A DNA stretch of 64,000 nucleotides from Octopus vulgaris. Lineage: Eukaryota. The position numbers and the translations under genes are program-made. Under the pieces are notes generated by a model. That model saw only the letters and a list, made by a program, of their open reading frames with translations, was not told the origin of the DNA and made no database searches. Of this stretch, positions 58,041-64,000 are shown in pieces (the stretch's first letter is position 1; every line of letters begins with the position of its first letter). The DNA lies in assembly GCA_951406725.2 (NCBI GenBank), contig OX597835.1, positions 5,022,001 through 5,086,000 on the forward strand. The letters are read 5' to 3'.

Positions 58041-61000
58041 ACACACATGCATGCACATGCACACACACACAATTAATGCTTGTTTATTTTTTTCAGGGTA
58101 AATAAAACCGATTCTCTTTACAATGGCTATTGTCCAAAAACTGAAGAGGCAAACAACACTGTCATTTATTGTCAGAATGTGAATGGCACCAAGAGTAAAT
58201 GTTCAGCAACTGGTGATGTTAATTTCTGTTATCAGAAGAAAAAATCAAGTAAGTACTGTAATCTCCTGTAATCCTTAATCAATTAATCTTTTCATATGAG
58301 ATCATCTTTGTTGTTTGTATCAAAGATGCTGGAACTTATCCTTTCTCCTTATAAGGATTTGGCCAAAAGTTTTGCTTCTCAGACTTTTTTTAAATATTGA
58401 CTCCTTTATTTTGCTAACACCCTTTCAATACCCCTAAAATGAAATGCTCCACAAGCTGTTACTGCCAACAGGCTGATCCTTACTAAAATCGTACTTACAC
58501 ACAATTCATTTGTATCATATGGAATGGGAAAAGCCACATTTCAGCCTCTCATATTGGTTTCAAGGCCAGCAAGCTCTTGTGTTAGGGATAAGTTGATTAC
58601 ATCAACCCCAGAGCTCAACTGGGGATTATTTTATTGACCCTGAAAGGATAAAAGCTAAAGTTGACCTCAGTGAGATTTGAACTCAGATGGATGATATGCC
58701 ACTAAGTATTTTACCTGATGTGCTAACAATTCTGCCTGCTTGCAACTTTATTTCAATCAATTATGTTACCAAATCCAGAGGATAAAAATCAACACTATCT
58801 TTAAAATTTAGGGCAATTAAAAGAAGCAACTAGTGCCCTCTTTGCTTCTTGTACAGGCATAAAAATGTTCCACTGCCCTCAGCCCCACTTTGAAAAGCAC
58901 TAGTCTACAAGAAGGTACTAAACTCATGATCTTCACAACCCTCCAAGACTTGTAAGATCAATTAATATTCATCTTGAACAGGTTTAAATTGACAGTTTCA
59001 AGAAAAAAAAAAACATGGGCAGTGAGAGAATTGTAGAGAAATGGTGTCCAGGAAAAGAATGAATGGGGAAAAAAAGTGATTTGTGAGGGCCTGAATGAGG
59101 AAGACAAAGTATAGGGGATGAACAGTTGAGATATGAGTAGGTAAGAATGAGCTGGGTGCAGGGACAAGGTATGAGACCAGTTAGTTCTGAAGGAAAACAG
59201 CTTGAAGTTGTTTACTTAAAGTGAGGTGACAAACCGTTGCCTTTTAATAGAATTGCTCATTAACAGAGGGGCTAATTAGGAATGGCTTTGATTTTTAGGT
59301 CAACAACATATTAGCTTGAGCTGAAGGAAATCTGAAGACATATTCATGAGTTCAAGTATAGATGTTTCCACAAATGTTTCAAACTGTTTATTTTAGAATT
59401 GTCTTTACCTGTTCCTCTGAGACCTAATTACCTCATAGAATGACTATTTCAGCCATCTTATAACAAACAAAGACTGTGAAATTTACTTTGCAATTATTTT
59501 GTTAGGTGCCAAGATTTGATTTTTCTGTTGCTCCATTGTGGCCTCACCATAGGCACAGTTCAGAGGAAATGTTGATGTCATCAGTTTGCTCAGAGTTTTC
59601 TTTCTGTTTTTGCCTATGATACTTAGAAATTTTATTTTGATGCCATTGTGAGTTTCAGGAGTGGCAGTAACCTGAGGTAACAACAACAAAAAAAGAAGAA
59701 CAAAACCCTCATAAAAATATATGAATAAATTTTAAAAGAATTTAGCAGTTTTTGTGTGGTTTTAGATGGCTAAAGTGTTATTTTACGAAGTTCTAAAAAT
59801 ATTTTATGAATAATAACTTTTTGTATGTCTCAGTAATTCTGAAGAAATTCTGTCTTTGTTTATCCACCTCTCTATATTTTTGTCATAATGGTTTCTCTCC
59901 TCAGACACTGATGTAACTGATTTCTACTGGAAAGAAGCAACCTATCCAAGGAAGTGCTTAGGAGAAGAATCAGAAGAATTTAAATACGACGAAGATTATG
60001 ATGCAGGGGTATGTATCCATCCATCCATCCACCCATCTATCCATCCATCCATCCATACTGGCACTCCATCAGTTTCGATGATGAAGGTTCCAGTTGATCT
60101 GATCAATGGAACAGCCTACTTGTGAAATCAACATGCATGTGGCTGAGCACTCCACAGACACATGTACCCTTAACATAGCTCACAAGGAAATTCAGCATGA
60201 CTCAGGGTGTGACAAGCCTGGTCCTTTGAAATACAGGTATTACTCGTTTTTGCCAGCTGAGTGGACTGGAGCAATGTGAAATAAAGTGTCTTGCTCAAGG
60301 ACACAATATGTTGCTGAGGATTGAACCCATGACCTTTCGATCATGAGCCAAATACTCTAACCACTAAGCAATGTGCCTTCTCATACATACATACTAAATG
60401 TGAGACAACTGAGTCAATGTAGATTATGAGTTCAAATTCACTGCAGGCATTACAGTTGCATTCACAGGGTTGTACAGTTTGTTTTACAAGCCACATATTT
60501 TTTTATAGCTGTTAAGAATGAGTAAAAACCTTTTTCTCTTTTACTTGTTTCAGTCATTTGACTGCGGCCATGCTGGAGCACCGCCTTTAGTCGAGCACAT
60601 CGACCCCAGGACTTATTCTTTGTAAGCCTAGTACTTAGTCTATCGGTCTCTTTTGCCGAACTGTTAAGTTAAGGGGATGTAAACACACCAGCATCGGTTG
60701 TCAAGTGATGTTGGAGGAGGGGGACAAACACAGACAAACTAACATATACGCTGCCTTGTCCAGGGTCAATAATATTGATAATAAATAATTAACTTCTAAT
60801 AACTAATTACTAAAATCCCGGGATTTATTCAAGTGAGCAACATAGAGATAACAGCAGCATTAAGCACTGCTCATATCGAATGTAATAGAGTGCTGTCAAC
60901 AGAATGGAAAACAAAGAAGTACAATACTGCGTGTAGCCAAGATTCACAGAACTGTGCTCATTTATTAAAGCATGTGACAAAAATATAATTGCTAAAATAG

Positions 61001-62205
61001 TAATAAAAATAAGCAGATATATCTTCTGGTTGCTTTTCATTTATTTTATAATGTCAAAATTTTCATCAGGCCTTACACTATACAATGATACCTCGCAGTA
61101 GGAGTTTAATTCATTCTGTGATCGAGCTTGTCTTATGATTCACTTCTTTTACAAATCAATTTTTCCTGTTGAAATTTTAAAAACTATAATTAATCCATTC
61201 CAGCCCCACAAAACCACTCAAAAATAATTTTTTATGGGTTTTAAAACAGAAAAGTTACAAGTGAAATGACAATTATAGAAAAGAGAATGCAAAAGAAATA
61301 TGTAAACTGGTTTTCTTAACTGAATAACCTTAAAGATGGGACAACTTGAGTTGTACTATGGATTTCTGCTCGTACTTTAAGACAAAAATTTACGCTAGTT
61401 TCAGCTCATACAGCAAATTACTGGTACAATTGGGCACTCGTACTGTGAAGTTCTACTGTACATGGAAAGTGAATATGGGGTTTCTGTACTTTTAGATGAT
61501 TAAAACAGTTCTTCCTTGACGTAATCAATCTTGATAGTCTGAGAGGAGCTGCAAAATACACAGGCACAGCCCCCTTCCTCCAAACATAAGTAATAAATTA
61601 AAAATATGAAATATTAAAAATATTAAAATTAATTTTTAAAGAAATATAAAAATAAATTTAAAAAATAAAAGTATAAAAATCTCATCCACACACCATTGTG
61701 CAGGAGGAGGAGGGGGAAAGAAAAGGGGAGAGGATGGGAGGAAGAGGAAGGAGTGTAGAAGATGAGGAGGAGAGGAAGAAGGCAATGGTTCTAATGCTGG
61801 TAGCAGTGGTAGTTTTGTTAATAATGTCGACGCTGACAATGTCAGTGATGAAGAAATAGAAAATTCCACAATTAACTTTGTTGCTTTTGCTTTGATTGTT
61901 CTTTAATATATTTATATATATGTATATCTTTTTCATATGTTCTGTCCAGGAACAACCCACCGTAACTCCAAGTGGTATAACAGAAGACCAAGCGAGAGGA
62001 GAGTGCCAAACCTTCCTTTCTCTCAAGAAAACATTTTCTTCTTGTGAAGCAGTTAAAGATCTCAATGTAGGAACATCAGTGGAAGCTTGTGTGACGGACA
62101 TAATGGTAAATATCAGCAAGAATTCTTCAAACTCTGAGATTCATGCATAAAAGTATACCCTGTTATTCTACTCTATCATGAAATTGAGGGACACACCTAA
62201 CATGT

Positions 62206-62247
<42 letters not shown>

Positions 62248-63918
62248 ACACGTCTCTACCATTATGCTCTTGACCTTTTCACCATCTCATTCTGGCGATC
62301 TGTCTTTGCTTTTTCTGCTGTTCCCTTTGTCCATGGTGTCTTGACATATATGTCTTAGGGTAGTGATCCCACAACATCAGTGATTCTTAGACTTTTTCCA
62401 TTTTTTGGTAGCACCCCTTTTAAGTAGTTGTCATGTCTATCACCCAACTAAGTGGCGAGATATCTTGGCTAAACTAACTTAACATGGGTGATAATTTATA
62501 AGTTTTACTCTAAAAACGGATTCTATAAGCTTTTAACATTGAAATGCTAACAAAATTAATAAAGACAAAAGTTGTGAATTTGCATTATATAGGGTGACCC
62601 CCACAAAAAACAGAACCCACAAATCTTTGAATAAAACGACGTAGAGGGATAGATTGAAAGGAACAGTAGTTCCAGCAAGATGGGACCCCACCCAACCACC
62701 CATGCATGAAATGACTCCCTAGCCTGCCTGAGAGAGTGATTTCAGGAGAAACTGATCAGCAGGAAGTGTGACATTGAGTGGGCACCAGATTCACCAGACT
62801 TGAACCCCACCAGATTTTTATCTGTGTGGGTATTTTCAAGGATAATGTTTACCAGAACTACCCTCAAACAATTGGTGAACTGAAGGCAGCAATCACAGCA
62901 AAAATCAGGGAAAACCCTCAAAGAAGAATGTATTCGAGTAATTGACAATCGTGCACAACGTATGCAGGTGTTTGCGTGACTTATGTAATTTGGAGCATAT
63001 TTTGAAAAGAACGTGACTTTTATGCAAAGGGAATGATCATACACAGACCGAAGTTTAAGTCCAGCAAATTTCAAGAAGTTTGCAGGACCTTTGTAGGATT
63101 TAATAAAATTGTTATGGGTTCTGTTCTTTTTTGGGGTCACCCTAATCCCATTGGCCAATGACTGTAACTAGTAAAGAGTACACATCTGTGTGTGCTTGTG
63201 ATATAGTAATGGTGATACATTATTTTCTTTTATTATTATTTTTCAGATGACAGACAACTTAGTTTGGCGAGTAGCCATGTACGAAGACATCAAAGCACAG
63301 TGCGAGAATCTTTTGAAAACAGACACCGATAACTGGAAGACGGATAATATCAGTGGTACCAGCCGGCCACCTGACACTGCTGACGCAATTTGTACTGACG
63401 ATTGCAATGGAAATGGTGAATGTGTGAAAGGTAAATCTATTTTACAAACTGTCACAATTCCTTCCTTTGTCATTTCAGTGTCTTATATTGAGTACTTTTG
63501 TTTAATAATCCTTTCTACTATAGGCCCAAGGCCTGAAATTTAGGGGATGGGGGGGGGCTAGCCGATTACATCGACCCCAGTGTGTAACTTGTACTTATTT
63601 CATCGACCCTAAAACAATGAAAGGCAAAGCCGACCTCAGCGGAATTTGAACTCAGATAATAATTACGTAGACTTGTAACTTCAATTGCATAATTCCATGA
63701 CCATTCCTTTTTCTTTTTCTTCAGGAGAATGCGTGTGTAATGGAGATTACACTGGAGAAACCTGTTCCGTTAAAAAGAATATTCCCCCAAGACTGGATGG
63801 TATTGAAGGTGGGAACATCTGTGATGTTAATCTACCAAAATGTCAGGATAGGATTCAAATTTCTGGAGAAGGTTTCACCGACAAAATTAATCTCACATGT
63901 CGCTTTGTCTCTTCCCTG
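1735..63918 (+). CDS. VWDE: Multi-exon gene (partial, 42 exons in window): giant VWDE-like protein with >=3 tandem VWD/EGF modules plus one LamG-like domain
   Basis: Exons are bounded by AG/GT with compatible phases. Three times the motifs recur: C-x-S-x-[NT]DPH-x-TTFDG, V[QH]AFY..C...ASCNC...SGD[DN]VI, G[LM]CG.[FY]DG...ND, [WV][PT]TPSG and C...C...G.C..G.C.C. These match the VWDE family VWD region from memory. The symbol denotes family likeness, not orthology. Confidence 0.9.
1905..2960 (-). mobile_element. Tc1-type transposon remnant (degenerate transposase, one TIR)
   Basis: Minus strand [15 protein letters not shown] and [10 protein letters not shown] motifs; terminal CAGGGGTTGGTCAAAATAATGGAAACACC at 2960. 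Confidence 0.85.
3600..4001 (+). CDS. Module 1 exon, beta-sandwich region preceding VWD ([12 protein letters not shown]...IGKVK)
   Basis: caag|CTG...AAG|gtatgt; phase 0-0; paralogous to 24897 and 52809. Confidence 0.85.
4786..5065 (+). mobile_element. Mariner-like 5' fragment
   Basis: TA+CGAGGTCTGATCAATAAGT terminus; translation [13 protein letters not shown] resembles the mariner N-terminal HTH region. Confidence 0.55.
5385..5461 (+). CDS. Module 1 VWD exon ([25 protein letters not shown])
   Basis: tcag|GTG...GGAAC|gtaag; NDPH-TTFDG motif. Confidence 0.92.
5500..5709. mobile_element. piggyBac-like MITE
   Basis: TTAA on both sides; TIR CCCTTTCATTAC / GTAACAAAAAGG. Confidence 0.7.
6994..7057 (+). 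CDS. Module 1 VWD exon ([21 protein letters not shown])
   Basis: caag|T...GGT|gtaag; 64 nt like exon 28355. Confidence 0.9.
8023..8241 (+). CDS. Module 1 VWD exon (VQAFYRKCG...ASCNC...GREYR)
   Basis: ttag|GTG...AGG|gtaag. Confidence 0.92.
8650..8990 (+). mobile_element. tRNA-derived SINE family C; copies 5783(+), 32395(-), 37553(+), 43760(-), 44410(-), 48130(+), 60060(-)
   Basis: TGGCTCAGTGG A box, GAGTTCGA B box, GTGTTCTTGAGCAAGGCACTTTATTTCA central domain. Confidence 0.85.
9186..9320. repeat. 20-bp minisatellite (ATATCTACTGTACTCTGGAG) x ~6-7
   Basis: Read directly. Confidence 0.93.
9527..9629 (+). CDS. Module 1 VWD exon (VYLPTGTIV...DYNNTI)
   Basis: tcag|GTT...ATTG|gtaac. Confidence 0.9.
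10330..10435 (+). CDS. Module 1 VWD exon ([13 protein letters not shown]...FSLSWR)
   Basis: ccag|GT...TGGCG|gtaag; canonical VWD GLCG motif. Confidence 0.93.
10521..10938 (+). mobile_element. tRNA-derived SINE family B with internal (TA)/(TG) microsatellite; copies 6062-6464(-), 20605-20974(-), 50568-50945(-), partials at 31198, 41463, 42360, 60530
   Basis: Pol III-like head (TGGCTGTGTGG...GGTTCAGTCC), CORE-like CTTGGGCAAGTG, (TAAAAGAG)n tail; near-identical copies. Confidence 0.88.
12084..12247 (+). CDS. Module 1 exon ([12 protein letters not shown]...acidic linker...CSC)
   Basis: tcag|A...ACAG|gtaaa; an alternative same-phase donor is possible 15 nt earlier. Confidence 0.8.
14295..14401 (+). 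CDS. Module 1 exon (GLGKNILKD...[10 protein letters not shown])
   Basis: tcag|GT...AAG|gtact; 107 nt like exon 36800. Confidence 0.85.
15487..15642 (+). CDS. Module 1 exon ([11 protein letters not shown]...SCVEDIK), Cys-rich C8-like
   Basis: tcag|GAA...AAA|gtaag; 156 nt like exon 61950. Confidence 0.92.
15680..16075. repeat. Compound (TA)/(TG)/(TATG) microsatellite
   Basis: Read directly; similar tracts at 11500-11670, 37320-37435, 38380-38630. Confidence 0.95.
16409..16810 (-). mobile_element. Non-autonomous Helitron
   Basis: Minus strand A|TCTTTATATAT ... GC-rich hairpin ... CTAG|T, no TSD. Confidence 0.8.
17054..17234 (+). CDS. Module 1 exon ending in EGF N-half ([14 protein letters not shown])
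   Basis: ttag|ATA...GATG|gtaag. Confidence 0.92.
17573..17767. mobile_element. piggyBac-like MITE (related partial copy at ~24107-24320)
   Basis: TTAA flanks; TIR CCTTTTAGCAT / ATGCAAAAGAG. Confidence 0.6.
18669..18859 (+). CDS. Module 1 exon, EGF C-half plus IPT-like start (GKCVCPK...GSNF...FC)
   Basis: tcag|GA...ACT|gtgag; 191 nt like exon 43389. Confidence 0.92.
20079..20288 (+). CDS. Module 1 exon (IYEKKV...VSCKLP...[12 protein letters not shown])
   Basis: ttag|ATC...AAG|gtatt. Confidence 0.88.
21115..21229 (+). CDS. Module 1 last exon ([11 protein letters not shown]...[11 protein letters not shown])
   Basis: ttag|GCT...GCCA|gtaag; 115 nt like exon 47958; ends in phase 1 with no stop. 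Confidence 0.9.
22194..22414 (+). CDS. Module 2 first exon, Ig-like (..VVCQF...LIWF...LGMT)
   Basis: ccag|AA...ACG|gtaat; paralogous to 51006. Confidence 0.85.
23976..24068 (+). CDS. Module 2 exon ([31 protein letters not shown])
   Basis: ctag|ATT...AAG|gtttg; 93 nt. Confidence 0.88.
24897..25286 (+). CDS. Module 2 exon ([11 protein letters not shown]...TNVK)
   Basis: aaag|GTG...AAG|gtaag; open frame, paralogous to 3600 and 52809. Confidence 0.85.
25708..26139 (+). mobile_element. Non-autonomous Helitron
   Basis: A|TCTCTCTATATAT ... CCCGG-gcaatg-CCGGG hairpin ... CTAG|T. Confidence 0.83.
26360..26730 (-). mobile_element. RLE-type (R4/Dong-like) LINE fragment, zinc-knuckle region
   Basis: [29 protein letters not shown] resembles the CRxC..ET..HI.S.C..LA..EY..RHD.V motif; frameshifted. 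Confidence 0.65.
27048..27127 (+). CDS. Module 2 VWD exon ([26 protein letters not shown])
   Basis: tcag|GTA...GCAA|gtaag. Confidence 0.92.
27315..27935 (-). mobile_element. L1/Tx1-clade LINE fragment (post-RT / zf-RVT region)
   Basis: GC-rich island; [35 protein letters not shown] motifs. Confidence 0.7.
28069..28300 (+). mobile_element. tRNA-derived SINE family A (Nin/Deu-like central domain); minus copies ~1-105, 4220, 12665, 12945, 13306, 40185, 46335, 56388, 58555, 63508
   Basis: GGCGAGCTGGCAGAA...GAGTTCAAATTC head followed by CCTTTCATCCTTTCGGGGTTGATAAATTAAGTACC. Confidence 0.85.
28355..28418 (+). CDS. Module 2 VWD exon ([21 protein letters not shown])
   Basis: tcag|A...GCG|gtaat. Confidence 0.92.
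30288..30494 (+). CDS. Module 2 VWD exon ([16 protein letters not shown]...KSFE)
   Basis: tcag|GTT...GAA|gtaag. Confidence 0.92.
32065..32179 (+). CDS. Module 2 VWD exon (IHFPTGTH...FDTKKTL)
   Basis: tcag|ATC...CTTG|gtgag. Confidence 0.9.
33540..33820. repeat. (CT)n-rich polypyrimidine tract
   Basis: Read directly. Confidence 0.95.
34153..34246 (+). CDS. Module 2 VWD exon ([13 protein letters not shown]...FSLSWR)
   Basis: tcag|GA...GGAG|gtata. Confidence 0.93.
35626..35792 (+). CDS. Module 2 exon ([15 protein letters not shown]...CNC...KKK)
   Basis: aaag|A...AAAG|gtaag. Confidence 0.87.
35810..36470 (+). pseudogene. 28S (LSU) rRNA 3'-region pseudogene fragment in an intron
   Basis: Near-verbatim LSU domain V (TTTTTGATCCTTCGATGTCGGCTCTTCCTATCATTG...GAGCTGGGTTTAGACCGTC.TGAGACAGGTTAGTTTTA), sarcin-ricin loop variant AGTACGAGAAGAACC at 36114-36128, and GGCTGAACGCCTCTAAG. 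It forms a GC-rich island; the 3' boundary is approximate. Confidence 0.92.
36800..36906 (+). CDS. Module 2 exon ([12 protein letters not shown]...NYIPL)
   Basis: tcag|GG...CTG|gtaag; 107 nt. Confidence 0.88.
38724..38846 (+). CDS. Module 2 exon, truncated in this sequence ([12 protein letters not shown]...[10 protein letters not shown])
   Basis: Good acceptor and WPTPSG motif, but it runs into TAG and a (TA)n tract without the SCVxDI end or donor seen in its 156-nt paralogues. Confidence 0.75.
   Translation, partial: EPIWPTPSGITKINATHICETFITTTKAGSLCKDIVKEKL
39518..39690 (+). mobile_element. Mariner-derived deleted element
   Basis: Encodes [24 protein letters not shown], the typical mariner transposase C-terminus. 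Confidence 0.65.
40080..41000 (+). mobile_element. RTE-clade LINE 3' portion including 3' UTR, interrupted by a SINE
   Basis: Degenerate LREKLGI, VQERRL..FGHV, GRGR..RKTW motifs, continuing into the GGCATCCAGCT.TAGAAAC...CCAACCCATG...GACGTTAAATGA terminus. Confidence 0.75.
41058..41244 (+). CDS. Module 2 exon ending in EGF N-half ([14 protein letters not shown])
   Basis: ttag|TTA...GCAG|gtaat. Confidence 0.92.
42056..42154 (+). ncRNA. Type I minimal hammerhead ribozyme motif (Penelope-type), sense to host pre-mRNA
   Basis: Stem I ggtgatttgg/ccgaattact; CTGATGA 42066-72; stem II atacttgg/ctaagtat; GAAA 42133-36; palindromic stem III CAATTG; GUA cleavage triplet 42142-44. Confidence 0.8.
42968..43261. 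repeat. Long imperfect inverted repeat (~133-bp arms, 26-bp spacer), each arm carrying a hammerhead-like motif; probable Penelope pLTR remnant
   Basis: 42968-43100 is the reverse complement of 43127-43261; the arm reads gtca-GTGAACA-g-gtcgc..gcaac-GAAA-ATATTT-tgac. Confidence 0.75.
43389..43579 (+). CDS. Module 2 exon, EGF C-half plus IPT-like ([15 protein letters not shown]...GSNF...LTC)
   Basis: ccag|GT...AAG|gtgaa; 191 nt. Confidence 0.92.
44063..44155 (-). ncRNA. Type I minimal hammerhead ribozyme motif, antisense
   Basis: Minus strand reads ttgg-CTGATGA-gtact...agtgc-GAAAC-gatt-GTA^ccaa; 3' tail resembles that of the 42066 copy. Confidence 0.78.
44986..45192 (+). CDS. Module 2 exon (FVNGKV...[16 protein letters not shown])
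   Basis: tcag|TTT...AGA|gtaag. Confidence 0.88.
45395..45935. repeat. ~125-130-bp CA-rich minisatellite x ~4
   Basis: Recurring ACATTTATATATGACTGCACACAC...CAGATATATACAACTATACACAC units. Confidence 0.9.
46786..47144. repeat. 9-bp tandem repeat (TTATTTACA)n with TTATGTACA variants
   Basis: About 40 units, read directly; continuous with the inverted tail of the adjacent SINE. Confidence 0.97.
47130..47415 (+). mobile_element. tRNA-headed SINE with Penelope-like 3' end (degenerate hammerhead core) and an inverted copy of its 3' tail upstream
   Basis: A box TAGTGGTTAAG and B box GTTCGATTCC at ~47183-47235; CTGAAGA-stem-GAAA at 47327-47358; ~50-bp inverted repeat 47130-47180 / 47363-47415. Confidence 0.7.
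47958..48072 (+). CDS. Module 2 last exon ([10 protein letters not shown]...[14 protein letters not shown])
   Basis: caag|ACT...ACAG|gtgaa; 115 nt, phase-1 end. Confidence 0.9.
49217..49870 (+). CDS. Single exon encoding a LamG/concanavalin-A-like lectin domain
   Basis: tcag|CT...ACAG|gtatt; 654 nt, phase 1-1, open frame; motifs G.KG.AINL..GQCL, C..GFT, STG....SG....Y, W.V, ISW....GL.L.VN typical of invertebrate LamG-like domains. Confidence 0.8.
49872..50027. repeat. (ATT)n microsatellite directly after a splice donor
   Basis: Read directly. Confidence 0.97.
50028..50476 (-). repeat. Interspersed repeat ending at an (AAT)n tract; second copy 24320-24760
   Basis: Two highly similar copies in the window; class uncertain (probably a non-LTR 3' end). 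Confidence 0.7.
51006..51223 (+). CDS. Module 3 first exon, Ig-like (..FTCAF...YSVKWY...IGTE)
   Basis: gcag|AT...GAG|gtgaa. Confidence 0.87.
51536..51628 (+). CDS. Module 3 exon ([31 protein letters not shown])
   Basis: ttag|GTG...ACT|gtaag; 93 nt. Confidence 0.9.
52809..53219 (+). CDS. Module 3 exon ([11 protein letters not shown]...DFKIK)
   Basis: gtag|GTG...AAA|gtaag. Confidence 0.88.
53698..53835 (+). CDS. Module 3 VWD exon, fused ([46 protein letters not shown])
   Basis: acag|GTG...GCA|gtaag; corresponds to two exons in modules 1 and 2. Confidence 0.92.
55037..55228 (+). CDS. Module 3 VWD exon ([16 protein letters not shown]...GRKYE)
   Basis: gcag|GTG...GAG|gtaag. Confidence 0.92.
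55733..55832 (+). CDS. Module 3 VWD exon (IHLPTGSV...DFNKTK)
   Basis: ttag|ATT...AAAG|gtaac. Confidence 0.9.
56689..56797 (+). CDS. Module 3 VWD exon ([13 protein letters not shown]...FCLAWR)
   Basis: ttag|GT...GGAG|gtgag. Confidence 0.93.
57195..57560 (+). mobile_element. CR1-clade LINE 3' end
   Basis: [39 protein letters not shown]...FKVSLD then stop, short UTR and (AAATT)n tail. Confidence 0.85.
58097..58248 (+). CDS. Module 3 exon ([14 protein letters not shown]...CYQKKKS)
   Basis: tcag|G...TCAA|gtaag. Confidence 0.9.
58955..59350 (-). mobile_element. L2/CR1-group LINE 3' fragment, degenerate
   Basis: SFFSWT..LYNSL.AHVF....NLNLFK..IN motif on the minus strand. Confidence 0.55.
59905..60008 (+). 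CDS. Module 3 exon ([10 protein letters not shown]...[10 protein letters not shown])
   Basis: tcag|AC...GGG|gtatg. Confidence 0.88.
61083..61458. mobile_element. TA-flanked Tigger/pogo-like MITE (partial relative at ~35353-35460)
   Basis: TA|CAATGATACCTCGCAGTAG ... CGTACTGTGAAGTTCTACTG|TA. Confidence 0.6.
61950..62105 (+). CDS. Module 3 exon ([11 protein letters not shown]...ACVTDIM)
   Basis: ccag|GAA...ATG|gtaaa; 156 nt. Confidence 0.92.
62590..63144 (+). mobile_element. Internally deleted Tc1/mariner-superfamily element with both TIRs
   Basis: TIRs AGGGTGACCCC..AAAA..AACAGAACCCA at both ends; internal FQQDG and [16 protein letters not shown] (frameshifted). Confidence 0.85.
63247..63430 (+). 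CDS. Module 3 exon ending in EGF N-half ([14 protein letters not shown])
   Basis: tcag|ATG...AAAG|gtaaa. Confidence 0.92.
63725..63918 (+). CDS. Module 3 exon, EGF C-half plus IPT-like ([15 protein letters not shown]...LTCRF)
   Basis: tcag|GA...CTG|gtatg. Confidence 0.92.
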
Positions 63919-64000
63919 GTATGTATCAAATCTGGGTATTTTAGTTTCGGTTTTCTTTTAATATTTTTTTCAGTGGATACATTTAGCTGCAAAACCTTTT

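Overview
AT-rich, microsatellite- and SINE-dense eukaryotic DNA, most likely from a cephalopod mollusc (Octopus-like). The organism is inferred from repeat style and is not proven. The whole window lies inside one very large + strand spliced gene; I traced 42 GT-AG exons by eye from 1735 to 63918, and neither the start nor the stop codon is in the window. The gene encodes at least three tandem ~800-aa VWDE-like modules (Ig-like / beta-sandwich / VWD / Cys-rich C8-like / EGF / IPT-like / Cys-rich) joined in frame. A single phase-1/1 LamG/ConA-like exon sits between modules 2 and 3. Module 3 lacks one intron present in modules 1 and 2, and one exon of module 2 is broken by a local duplication, which is either an allele or an assembly error. 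Introns contain three tRNA-derived SINE families, RTE/CR1/L2/Tx1/R4-type LINE fragments, Tc1/mariner remnants, TTAA MITEs, two non-autonomous Helitrons and a 28S rRNA 3' pseudogene. The most notable find is a cluster of Penelope-type minimal hammerhead ribozyme motifs at 42-47.4 kb. It includes an intact sense-strand copy, a G3:C8 core-swap variant and a tRNA-headed SINE ending in a hammerhead-like tail. Almost all ORFs in the supplied track are spurious or only partly overlap exons.
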